A DNA stretch of 64,000 nucleotides, taken from an uncultured Gemmatimonadales bacterium (GTDB lineage Bacteria; Gemmatimonadota; Gemmatimonadetes; Longimicrobiales; Longimicrobiaceae). The notes under the pieces were generated by a model. It had not been told where the DNA came from. It was given only the letters and a program-made list of their open reading frames with translations, and made no database searches. Location of the stretch: the NCBI GenBank assembly GCA_963716255.1, contig OY970303.1, positions 6,880,001 to 6,944,000 on the forward strand. The letters are read 5' to 3'. How positions within the stretch are numbered: position 1 is the first letter of the stretch; each line of letters starts with the position of its first letter. The translations under genes and the position numbers were made by a program. Shown one piece after another: positions 38,650 through 47,449 of this stretch.

Positions 38650-38799
38650 GCGGACGCCAGCGCGAACCCCGCGTGAGGGATTTCGGCCCGAAGGGGCGAG
38701 ACCCGCGGGCAGTTTCGCGGGGCTCGACTCCGTTAAGCAGCGTTGTCTGCTGCTTTACGGAGCCGAAGCCCGACCCCGGCGCCCGCCGGGGGCACGCCC
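38650..38799 (+). repeat. Structured dispersed repeat, copy 3 (inverted relative to the others)
   Basis: GCGTGAGGGATTTC…GAAGCCCGACCCCGG…GGGGGCACGCCC on the + strand. Confidence 0.9.
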
Positions 38800-38840
38800 G
38801 AACCGTGCTTTTCACCCCCCGTCCCAAACCCCCGGCAAGC

Positions 38841-38883
38841 GAGCAACTGCGGAGAAGTGGCGCCCCCCTCCCGTCGCTACTCT
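38841..38883 (+). promoter_or_regulatory. Regulon motif plus -10 box upstream of the 38.9-51 kb operon
   Basis: GAGCAACTGCGGAGAAG-N20-TACTCT. Confidence 0.75.
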
Positions 38884-38922
38884 CCACCGGACGGCAGAAA
38901 CCACCCGCCACCCCCTCACGCC

Positions 38923-39375
38923 ATGCCCACGAAGACCCGCAAGCCGCCCGCGCCCGAAACGGTCTTCTCGTACGTCGGCAACGTGGGGTGCATCCGCTTC
39001 CCGCCCCCGGTCCGCAAGGCCTCGGGGATCAAACGGGGGGACCGGCTGGCGATGACGGTCGGCGAGGACGGGAGCATCGCCCTGGAGAAGCTGCAGGTGT
39101 CGGTGGCGACGCTCCGGGAATCGCTCGCCGTGGAAACGCTCGCCGTGGAGGGGTGCGCCTGCCAGAACCCCCCGGCTTCCTGCGCCGCCGGGGGGCCGGA
39201 GGTGCTGACGGTGGGATGGAGCTACGTCCGCCTGGGCGAGGCGCGCGCGACCGAGCTGGGCTTCCTCCCCGACGCGCCCATCCGGATGGTGGCCGAGCCG
39301 GAGAAGATCACCGTCTCCCTCCACCGTGACCCGCGGGACCTGGAGGGCGTTCCCAGGGTGGCGTGTCCTCCTTGA
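38923..39375 (+). CDS. Small protein with tandem AbrB/SpoVT-like domains and a Cys-rich linker
   Basis: 'VGNVGCIRFPPPVRKASGIKRGDRL' is AbrB-like; linker CACQNPPASC; second half 'VRL….ELGF..DAPI.M.AEPEKITV'. Confidence 0.6.
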   Translation: MPTKTRKPPAPETVFSYVGNVGCIRFPPPVRKASGIKRGDRLAMTVGEDGSIALEKLQVSVATLRESLAVETLAVEGCACQNPPASCAAGGPEVLTVGWSYVRLGEARATELGFLPDAPIRMVAEPEKITVSLHRDPRDLEGVPRVACPP

Positions 39376-39431
39376 GCGCGGTCCGCTCCACGTTCCCCTG
39401 TTCCACCGAACCACTCCACGAGGAGGCCACG

Positions 39432-40451
39432 ATGTCGATCCATCCGTACCGGAACGAATCCCTGATCCAGATGGAGACCTACTTCACCGATCCGCCCCGG
39501 GCCGAGGCGCTGGTGGGGCACGTGCGGGCGAAGTGGGCGCTCCTGCGCGAGCACGGGTACGCGGACGGGTACCCGGTGGAGGTGCTGCGCAGCGGCGGCA
39601 ACAACGGCGATCCCATCAAGGTGGTGGAGCTGTTCAAGTGGCGCTCGCGCCAGTCGCAGATGGAGGCGAGCAAGGACCCCGACTACGAGAAGCTGCTGCT
39701 CAACATCGCCACGCTCTCCAGCGCCGCCACGCAGCAGGACACGCTCACCGGCGTGGTCCGCGGCTTCAACACCAACTTCCCCCCCATCGGCGGGGTGGAG
39801 CTGCTGAAGGGGGTGTGCTCGTGCCTGCTGACGGTGGACGGGATGGTCGAGGACTACCCCATGAGCGTCAAGAACGGGATCGTGCTCATGCACCGCAGCC
39901 CCCGCATGGACCTGGACGGCGACGGCCGCAACGAGATGTACCTGAAGATCCTCATGCACGGCGGCGAGACCATCCAGGCCGCCCTGGGGCCCATCCGCGT
40001 GGAGCAGAACTTCGCCCGGCCCAACGACGGCCTGGTGAAGTCGGTGGGCGAGGGCGACCGGGACTTCCCGGCCATCGGGATCTGGCGGGTGTCGTGGAAG
40101 ATCCAGACGGCGATCGGCGCGGTGCTCACCGACCCCGACCAGCCGCTCATCTTCGGGCCGGCGCTGGTGGACCACTACCCGCCCGTGGGCACGCACTTCC
40201 ACGCCACCACCGGGCCGGTGAAGCTGGTGCTGGAGCGCACCGGCGAGACCGTGGGCAAGCTGGTCCCGGGCGAGCTGACGGCGTTCGACATCGTGGTCTC
40301 CAAGGACGACGAGATCTTCGCCGACATCCTCAACACGCCGCCGGAGGACCTGTTCGACATCTGGGAGGAGCACAAGCACCGGGCGCACGCCGCGGTCGAC
40401 GAGCGCCAGACGCTCCCCGACCTGGCGCCCGGACTGGCCGCGACCTACTGA
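39432..40451 (+). CDS. Hypothetical two-domain protein (339 aa)
   Basis: AGGAGG RBS and strong codon bias. The N-terminus resembles a dimeric alpha/beta barrel; the C-terminus is beta-rich with a DLDGDG motif. Confidence 0.8.
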   Translation: MSIHPYRNESLIQMETYFTDPPRAEALVGHVRAKWALLREHGYADGYPVEVLRSGGNNGDPIKVVELFKWRSRQSQMEASKDPDYEKLLLNIATLSSAATQQDTLTGVVRGFNTNFPPIGGVELLKGVCSCLLTVDGMVEDYPMSVKNGIVLMHRSPRMDLDGDGRNEMYLKILMHGGETIQAALGPIRVEQNFARPNDGLVKSVGEGDRDFPAIGIWRVSWKIQTAIGAVLTDPDQPLIFGPALVDHYPPVGTHFHATTGPVKLVLERTGETVGKLVPGELTAFDIVVSKDDEIFADILNTPPEDLFDIWEEHKHRAHAAVDERQTLPDLAPGLAATY

Positions 40452-40470
40452 CGGCGCGGAGCTCCGGCGC

Positions 40471-41712
40471 ATGATCCGGGAGACCGGGGGCCCGCCCATG
40501 GCCTCGCAGGAGGCTTCCGCTCCGCTCCGGCGGAGCCGTGCCCCCGGCCTCCTCCGGCCGCCCACCCCCTGGCTCGCGGACGTGGAGCCGGGGCGCGTGC
40601 CGGAGGTGGAGCGGCTCCCGGCCCACGCGGAGGTGGTGGTGGTCGGCGGCGGCGTGATCGGCGCCGCCGCCGCGTACTGGCTGGCGAGGATGGGCGCCGG
40701 GGTCCTCCTGCTGGAGTCGCGACTTCCCGGGTGGGGCGCCAGCGGGCGGAACGCCGGGCTGGTGCTGGGCGGCCCCGCCTCGCTGGAGATGGTGCGCGCG
40801 ACGCTGGCCGAGGAGGGGATCGACGCCGGCTACGAGGAGCCGGGGCACCTGGCGCTCGCGTCCAGCGACGCGGTGCTGGCGAGCTTCCGGCGGGAGCTGG
40901 ACGCACGGCCCGCGGGCGCCGCCCCCCTGCACCTGCTGGACCGCGCGGAGTGCGAGGCGCTGCTGGGAACCCGGGTCGCGCCGCGCTTCCTGGGCGGGCG
41001 GTGGATGCCGCTGGCGGGCGCGCTCCACCCCGCGCGCTTCGTCCACGGCCTTGCCGGGGCGGCGGTCCGGCGCGGCGCGGCGCTCGCTTCGCGGACGCCC
41101 GTGCGCCGCCTGCGGCGCGCGGCCGGGGGCGGGGAGTGGGAGGTGGCGACGGCGCGGGGGCGCGTGCGTGCGGGCCGGGTGGTGCTGGCGTGCGGCGCCG
41201 GCGCCGCGCGCCTGTGGCCGCCGCTGGCGGGGGTCCTCGCGGCCACGCGGGGCCAGGTGCTCGCCACCCGCCCGCTCCCCCCCGTCTTCCGCCCGGGGAT
41301 GGCGGTGGACTACGGGTCGCTGTACTGGCGGCAGACCGGGGACGGCACGGTGGTGCTGGGCGGCCTCTTCGGGCTGGACCCGGAGCGGGAGCGGAGCGCG
41401 CGCGAAGCGCTCAACCCGCGCATCCAGGGGGCGCTGGAGCGCTTCCTCCCGGAAGCCTTCCCCGACCTCCCCCGCGTGGCGGTGGCGCGGCGCTGGGCGG
41501 GGATCATGGACGCCACCCCGGACGGCCGGCCGGTGGTGGGGGAGTGGCCCGGCGAGCCGGGGCTGTGGGTGGCGGCCGGCTTCGGCGGCCACGGGCTCCC
41601 CCCCGCGCTGGGCACCGGCCGGGCGCTGGCCCGCGCCATGGTGGAGGGGGAGCGCCCCGCGGAGCTGGACGCGCTGGATCCCGGCCGCTTCCGGGCGACG
41701 GTCCCGTGCTGA
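40471..41712 (+). CDS. FAD-dependent oxidoreductase (DAO/glycine oxidase/PuuB family)
   Basis: VVVGGGVIG, GASGRNAG, RGQV, WAGIMD.TPDGRP, GFGGHG. Alternative start 40498. Confidence 0.9.
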   Translation: MIRETGGPPMASQEASAPLRRSRAPGLLRPPTPWLADVEPGRVPEVERLPAHAEVVVVGGGVIGAAAAYWLARMGAGVLLLESRLPGWGASGRNAGLVLGGPASLEMVRATLAEEGIDAGYEEPGHLALASSDAVLASFRRELDARPAGAAPLHLLDRAECEALLGTRVAPRFLGGRWMPLAGALHPARFVHGLAGAAVRRGAALASRTPVRRLRRAAGGGEWEVATARGRVRAGRVVLACGAGAARLWPPLAGVLAATRGQVLATRPLPPVFRPGMAVDYGSLYWRQTGDGTVVLGGLFGLDPERERSAREALNPRIQGALERFLPEAFPDLPRVAVARRWAGIMDATPDGRPVVGEWPGEPGLWVAAGFGGHGLPPALGTGRALARAMVEGERPAELDALDPGRFRATVPC

Positions 41713-42602
41713 GCCCCGCCTGCGTCCCCATGCTCTTCCGCCGCGCCGCGGACCCCGGGGCGGCCGGCCGCCTGGCGGCGGAGGTGCTGGGGTGGCCGGC
41801 GCTGGGCGGCGGGCTGTACGACGCCGGCGGCGCGGTGGTGGGGTTCACCCCGGCCGGCGCGGACGCGGGGGCGGGGCTCAACCCCGCCTGGGAGCTGGAG
41901 GTGGTCCCGGCGGACTGGGACGACGCCGTGCTCCGCCTGTGCGCCGCGCTGGGCACCACGGTGGAGGCGCTGGCGGGCTCCGTGGCGTACGACGCCGTGG
42001 GGCGCTCGCTCGCCTTTCACGACGCCGCGGGGAACCTGACCGTGCTGGCGCAGCCCACCTGGCGGGCGCGGGTGGGGCGCGCCGGCCGCAAGCTGGGCGG
42101 GCTCATGGCGCTGCGCGAGGCGGAGGGGGGCGCCTCGGCGGTGGTGGGGGCGACGCTGCACGTCGCTTCGCTGCCGCGGTCGCTCCGCTTCTACCGCGAC
42201 CGCCTGGGGCTGACGCCGCTCCGCGTCACGCCGCGCGAGGCCCGCTTCGACGCGGGGCCGCTGATCCTCACCCTGCGCGCCGAGCGGCGGGTGGGGATGG
42301 TGGCCGACGCCGCCCGGCGCGGCGCGCTCCGCGACACGCTGGTGTTCCGGGTGGCGGAGCTGGAGCGGGAGTCGGGCGAGCTGAGGGCGCGGGGGGTGGA
42401 GGTCGCGGCGCCTCGCGAGGGAGGCGCGTGCGCCGAGCGGACCGCCGGCTTCGCCGACCCCGACGGCCACCGTCTGGTCCTGTGGGAGCCGCCAAACCCC
42501 GCGCTCCCCGGCCCGCCCCGCAGCTACGCGTCCGTGCTGGAGCGCATCGCCGCGCGCGCCGCGGCGAGCCACGAGAGCCGCTTCGCCCTGGAGGCCCCAT
42601 GA
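41706..42602 (+). CDS. VOC/glyoxalase-bleomycin resistance family protein (two domains)
   Basis: LHVASLPRSLRFYRDRLGL, FADPDGHRLVLWEP; start GTG 41706 or ATG 41730. Confidence 0.8.
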   Translation: MLSPACVPMLFRRAADPGAAGRLAAEVLGWPALGGGLYDAGGAVVGFTPAGADAGAGLNPAWELEVVPADWDDAVLRLCAALGTTVEALAGSVAYDAVGRSLAFHDAAGNLTVLAQPTWRARVGRAGRKLGGLMALREAEGGASAVVGATLHVASLPRSLRFYRDRLGLTPLRVTPREARFDAGPLILTLRAERRVGMVADAARRGALRDTLVFRVAELERESGELRARGVEVAAPREGGACAERTAGFADPDGHRLVLWEPPNPALPGPPRSYASVLERIAARAAASHESRFALEAP

Positions 42603-43387
42603 GCCTGCGCAGCGCACCCGTCGTCCTCGTCTTCTACGAGACGAGCCGCATCCGGCAGCAGCGGGAATTGTTCGAGTCCGTGATCGGCGTGCCGGTGATC
42701 GAGGTGGAGCCGCACCTCCCCCACCACCGCCACGGCGTCTTCAAGTACGACGGCGGCGGCGTCGTGCTGTCGCACAACATGTCCGGCCCCAGCCGCTTCC
42801 GCGAGGGCGAGTCCGACGCGCTGGTGACGGCGTTCGGGGTGCCCGCCGGCTGGCCGGCGGAGCGGCTGCGCGCCGGCGGGATGGTGGCGGAGAACGCCGA
42901 CGGGGTGTTCACCGACGCCGAGGGGCGGCACTTCGCCTTCCGCCCCGCGGCCGGGACGGACCGCACCGTGGTGGAGGAGCTGCGGCTGGTGACGCCCGAC
43001 CTGGACGCGTCCGCCGCCTTCTACGAAGGCGCGCTGGACCTGGAGCCGCTGGAGCGCACGGACCACGACGCCCTGTTCGCCACCGGCAGCGTCCCCCTGC
43101 GCCTGGTGCGGGGCGAGGCCGGGCCGGACGGCGGAAAGCTCCGCCACCACTCGTACCTGGTGGTCTTCCACGCCGCGGAGATCGAGGCCGCCCGCGAGGC
43201 GCTGCTGGAGCGCGGGGTGGAGTTCAAGCAGCCGCGCGTGGGCTTCAGCGAGATCGGGGGGACGCTGCGCTTCGACGACCCCGCCGGCCACCGGCTCTGC
43301 CTGTACCTGCCCTCGGCGGAAAGCCTGACCTGGGGGAGCGGCCCCAAGGTGATCGAGATCGCCCGCGGGCACGCGCTGGCCCGCTGA
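42599..43387 (+). CDS. VOC family protein (two domains)
   Basis: DLDASAAFYEGALDL, FDDPAGHRLCLY; ATGA overlap. Confidence 0.85.
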   Translation: MSLRSAPVVLVFYETSRIRQQRELFESVIGVPVIEVEPHLPHHRHGVFKYDGGGVVLSHNMSGPSRFREGESDALVTAFGVPAGWPAERLRAGGMVAENADGVFTDAEGRHFAFRPAAGTDRTVVEELRLVTPDLDASAAFYEGALDLEPLERTDHDALFATGSVPLRLVRGEAGPDGGKLRHHSYLVVFHAAEIEAAREALLERGVEFKQPRVGFSEIGGTLRFDDPAGHRLCLYLPSAESLTWGSGPKVIEIARGHALAR

Positions 43388-43418
43388 CCCACACCACGCC
43401 GCACACGAGGAGGCGCGC

Positions 43419-44420
43419 ATGCTGGCCGACACACGGGTGCTCTACGTGTTCCTGTACGTGCGCGACCTCGCGGTCTCGCGCGCCTTCTACGCGGACACGC
43501 TGGGGCTCAGGGTGATCGAGGAGGACGGGGGGTGCGTCAAGTTCGACGCCGGGCAGGTGATCCTTGCCCTCAACCGCGCCGCCGACTACGGCATCGTCCT
43601 CCCCGACATCAAGGACCACTCCACCGACGTGGTGTGGCTGGTGGACGACGTGCGGCAGGCCACCGAGAACCTGACGGCCCGCGGCGTGGCGTTCAAGCCC
43701 ACCGACTGGTACCAGCCGGGCGGGATCGCCGACTTCTACGACCCCGACGGCCGCTGGCTCACCCTGTACCAGCCCTCCGAGGAGGCCATGGGGTGGCCCA
43801 GCGGCGAGCGGCTGCGCGCGGTGATCGAGGCGCGCCGCGGACGAAACGGCGGCGGCACGGCGCAGCGGGTGTCGCGGCCCGCCGCCCCCGGCGAGGAGCC
43901 CCCCGGCCTGGCCGACGCGGAGCTCATCTACCTCTTCACCTTCGTCCCCAGCAGCCGGGTCGCGGAGGAGTTCTACCACCAGAACCTGGGGCTCAAGGCG
44001 CTGGAGGGCGGGCCGTGCAGCCGCACCTCGGGCGGCGACGAGGAAGGGGTGGTCAAGTACGACACCGGCGGGGTCATCATCGCCACGCACCACGTGGAGC
44101 CGGAGCGCTCGCAGGAGGAGTTCGAGGAGCACCTGTGCCCGCCGCCCGAGCTGGAGGGCGGGCGGATGAAGGGGGTGGCGCCGGTGTTCCACGCCGCCGA
44201 CGCCGAAGCCGCCGGCCGGGAGCTGGCGCGCCTGCGCCCCGACCTCAGCCCCCAGATCACCCGGAGTGAGGTGGGGACCATCGTGCGGGTGGACGATCCC
44301 ACCGGCCACCTGGTCTTCCTGTACGAGCCTTCCGAGGCGGCACTGGCGAACACCCCCAGCGGGGCGAAGATCCGCGAGATCCTGGCCGCCCCGCTGGACG
44401 CGCCCGCGCTCACCGCGTGA
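43419..44420 (+). CDS. VOC family protein (two domains)
   Basis: LYVRDLAVSRAFYADTLGL, FYDPDGRWL, DDPTGHLVFLY; GAGGAGG RBS. Confidence 0.88.
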   Translation: MLADTRVLYVFLYVRDLAVSRAFYADTLGLRVIEEDGGCVKFDAGQVILALNRAADYGIVLPDIKDHSTDVVWLVDDVRQATENLTARGVAFKPTDWYQPGGIADFYDPDGRWLTLYQPSEEAMGWPSGERLRAVIEARRGRNGGGTAQRVSRPAAPGEEPPGLADAELIYLFTFVPSSRVAEEFYHQNLGLKALEGGPCSRTSGGDEEGVVKYDTGGVIIATHHVEPERSQEEFEEHLCPPPELEGGRMKGVAPVFHAADAEAAGRELARLRPDLSPQITRSEVGTIVRVDDPTGHLVFLYEPSEAALANTPSGAKIREILAAPLDAPALTA

Positions 44421-44427
44421 GGTCCCC

Positions 44428-46179
44428 ATGACGCTCCTCCAGCACGCCGGGACCGGCGCGGCGGCCCACCCGCGCCTCCTCCCCTACCTGCTCCAGGTGC
44501 TGGGGGAGAGCGCGCCCGGCCGCCGCGTCCTGGAGCTGGGGTGCGGCACCGGGGAGCTGGCCGTGGCGCTGGCGGAGGCCGGCTACGAGGTCGTCGCCCT
44601 CGACCCCTCCGAGCGCGCCCTGGCCGAGGCGCGGCGCGGCGCCGAGCTGGCGGGAGCGGAGGTGCGCTGGGAGTGCGCCGACCCGCTCCGCGACGACGCC
44701 TGGCCGGTGGACACGGCGGACGCGGTGCTCTGCCTGCGCTGGCCCGCCGCCGCCGCCGACCCGGAGCAACGGCGGCTGCTGCGGCGCGTGCGCCGCCACC
44801 TGGCCGAGGGCGGGGTGGCGGTGATCGGCTACGCGCCGGCCGCCGCCGCGGAAGCGTCCGGTGCCGCCGCCGCCGGGGACGACACCCCTGCGGCGGCGCG
44901 CCGCCGGCGGCTCCTGGAGCTGGAGGTGCGCGCACGCTCGGTCGCCGGGCTCATGGCGCAGGTGCGGCTCTCCGGGCTGGGGGTGGAGCGCATCGACGCC
45001 GACTTCATGGCCCACTTCCCCGCCAGCCCCGCCACCGAATCGGTGCAGTTCGTGGCGCGGCCGCTCCCCGCCCCCCCGGAGGCGCTTGCGGTGGCCGCGT
45101 GGTCCACCCCGGCGGGGATGCGGCTGGACCTGCGCTACGCATCGGACGAGGCCGAGCTGCTGGACCCCGCGCCCACCGCCGTGTGGGAGGAGCTGGTGCG
45201 CTCCGCCGGCCGCGGCGGCGCCGAGGTGATCGCCGCCTACCCGGTGGACGACCCCTACGGCGGGGAGCGCGGCGCGGCGGAGGTCGCCCGCTTCTTCGGC
45301 GTGGCGCTGGAGCCGGGGCAGCTCACCTTCGCCGCGGGGGTCACCTCGCTGCTGCACGACCTGGCCGGCATGGCGGACGGGGGCCCGGTGGCCGCGCCCG
45401 AGCTGGTGCACCCCGACCTGGAGGCGTGGGCGGCGGCGCGCGGGAGCGAGATCCGCCTGCTCCACGGCGACGCCACCCGCGACCGGCTCGCCGCCCACCT
45501 GGAGGCGGCGCGCCCCGCGCTCCTGCACCTGGACCGCCCCGACTTCCTGGGCCGCTTCCTTCCCCTGGACGAGCTGGAGGCGGTGGCGCGGGCGGCGGCG
45601 CGCCTGGGCGCCATGGTGGTGATCGACGAGAGTCCCGCCCCCTACCTGGGCCCGGAGGCGAGCGCCGCCACCCTGGTGGGCCGCCTCGACAACCTGGTGG
45701 TGCTGCGCGGCTTCACCAAGGCGTACTCGCTGGGGGGGATGCGCGCCGCCTTCGCCGTGGCCTCGCCGGGCGCGGCGCGGCGGGTGCGCGAGCTGGTGGC
45801 GCCCATGCAGGTGGGGGAGCTGGCGCTGGAGGCCGCGCTGCGGCTGCTGGCCGCGGGCGACGTGTTCGCGCGGCTGCGCGCCCGCGTCCGCGAGGTCAAG
45901 CCACTGGCCGCGGGGCTGCTGCGGGTGGAGCGGCTGGAGGTGATCCCGAACCACCCCGACCTCCCCTGGGTGGGCGTCGCCGACCCGGGCGGCGCCGCGT
46001 CGGCGCTGCTGGAGGCGCGCGGCATCCGCGCCCTGCGCCCCGCGCCCGCCCCGGTGCTCCCCGAGCTGCGCCTGGAGGTGCTGCGCCTCACCGTCCCCCT
46101 CTCCGACGAGCGGATGGCGCTCTTCCGCGCCCTCCTCGCCGGGGCCGATCCACCCCCACCCGCACGGGAGGTCCCATGA
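44428..46179 (+). CDS. Class I SAM methyltransferase fused to a PLP class I/II aminotransferase (HisC/CobD-like)
   Basis: N-terminal VLELGCGTG…LDPS; C-terminal VIDES and LRGFTKAYSLGGMRAAF (PLP Lys). Confidence 0.8.
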   Translation: MTLLQHAGTGAAAHPRLLPYLLQVLGESAPGRRVLELGCGTGELAVALAEAGYEVVALDPSERALAEARRGAELAGAEVRWECADPLRDDAWPVDTADAVLCLRWPAAAADPEQRRLLRRVRRHLAEGGVAVIGYAPAAAAEASGAAAAGDDTPAAARRRRLLELEVRARSVAGLMAQVRLSGLGVERIDADFMAHFPASPATESVQFVARPLPAPPEALAVAAWSTPAGMRLDLRYASDEAELLDPAPTAVWEELVRSAGRGGAEVIAAYPVDDPYGGERGAAEVARFFGVALEPGQLTFAAGVTSLLHDLAGMADGGPVAAPELVHPDLEAWAAARGSEIRLLHGDATRDRLAAHLEAARPALLHLDRPDFLGRFLPLDELEAVARAAARLGAMVVIDESPAPYLGPEASAATLVGRLDNLVVLRGFTKAYSLGGMRAAFAVASPGAARRVRELVAPMQVGELALEAALRLLAAGDVFARLRARVREVKPLAAGLLRVERLEVIPNHPDLPWVGVADPGGAASALLEARGIRALRPAPAPVLPELRLEVLRLTVPLSDERMALFRALLAGADPPPPAREVP

Positions 46180-46931
46180 GCGACGACAAGGCGGCCACGG
46201 CGGGGAACGGCAACGGGGCCGGGGCCCGGCCCGCGTACCGGCGCGCGCTGGTGGTGTCCGCGCACCCCGACGACCCGGAGTTCCTGTTCGGGGCGGCGGT
46301 GGCCAGCCTGGTGGACGCCGGGGCCGAGGTGGCGTACGTGGTGTGCAGCGACGGCGCCAACGGGAGCCGCGACCCGGACGCCACGCGGGCGGAGGTCGCC
46401 GCGGGGCGGTACGAGGAGCAGCGCGCCGCGGCGCGCGAGCTGGGGGTGGAGGAGGTGGCGTTCCTGGACTTCCCGGACGGCCGCCTCGCCCCCACCGACG
46501 AGCTGCGCACCGCCATCGCCCGCGAGATCCGGCGCTTCCGGCCCGAGCTGGTCATCACCCACTTCCCGCGGCGCGCCCTGGACATCCCCATCGAGGCCTC
46601 GCACCCCGACCACTTCGCCGTGGGCGAGGCCACCCTGGCCGCCGTCTTCCCGGACGCCGCCAACGCCCGCGCGCAGCCCGCGCTCCTGGCCGAAGGGCTC
46701 CAGCCGCACCGGGTCAGGGAGGTGTGGATCCCCGGCTACGAGCGCACCGACCACTACGTGGACGCCACGGCGCTGATGGACCGGAAGATCGCCGCCATCC
46801 GCTGCCACCGCAGCCAGGTGGGCGGCGCCGACCCCCGCGAGTCGCTGGCGTGGGTGTACGGGTGGATGAAGGGGGTGGGCGGAGCGGGGGGATACGAGTA
46901 CGCCGAGAACTACAAGCGCATCACGCTCTGA
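46176..46931 (+). CDS. PIG-L/LmbE-family deacetylase
   Basis: SAHPDDPE, R..EQ..AA..LG, HPDH, K..AI.CHRSQ. Confidence 0.9.
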   Translation: MSDDKAATAGNGNGAGARPAYRRALVVSAHPDDPEFLFGAAVASLVDAGAEVAYVVCSDGANGSRDPDATRAEVAAGRYEEQRAAARELGVEEVAFLDFPDGRLAPTDELRTAIAREIRRFRPELVITHFPRRALDIPIEASHPDHFAVGEATLAAVFPDAANARAQPALLAEGLQPHRVREVWIPGYERTDHYVDATALMDRKIAAIRCHRSQVGGADPRESLAWVYGWMKGVGGAGGYEYAENYKRITL

Positions 46932-46983
46932 CCGCCGCCGCGCCGGGCCGGCGGGAGCGGACGCCCCACCCGAGGAGGACAGC

Positions 46984-47436
46984 ATGCAGATGCAGATGCC
47001 CCGGATCTTCCCCCAGGACCGCCCGGTGCTGGGGAGCCCGCGGATCGTTTCGCTGGTCGTCCACGTCCCCGACCTGGCCGCCTCCCGCGACTTCTTCGCC
47101 GGGGTGCTGGGGCTCCCCGTGGTCGCCGACGACGGCCGCACCGTGCGGCTGGACGCGGGCGGCGTCGTCCTGGACCTCCGCCCGGCGGAGGCCGGCGCGG
47201 AGGCGGCCCCGTGCGTGACCCCCGTCTTCCACGTGGAGGACCTGGGGGACACCGTGTGGCAGCTCGCCAAGCGCGGGATCCCGCTTGCGCCCACCGTCAC
47301 CTACTCGCGCGCCGGGGGCACGGCCCGCCTGGAGGCGCCCTCCGGCCACGCCTTCCAGCTCTGGGAGCCCTCCGACGAGGCGCGCGACGGACCGGGCGGG
47401 CGCAAGCTGGAGGCGCTTCTCGCCGCGCGGCCCTGA
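46984..47436 (+). CDS. VOC family protein (single domain)
   Basis: VPDLAASRDFFAGVLGL, PVFHVEDL, APSGHAFQLWEP. Confidence 0.85.
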   Translation: MQMQMPRIFPQDRPVLGSPRIVSLVVHVPDLAASRDFFAGVLGLPVVADDGRTVRLDAGGVVLDLRPAEAGAEAAPCVTPVFHVEDLGDTVWQLAKRGIPLAPTVTYSRAGGTARLEAPSGHAFQLWEPSDEARDGPGGRKLEALLAARP

Positions 47437-47449
47437 CCCGCGGCCCGGC

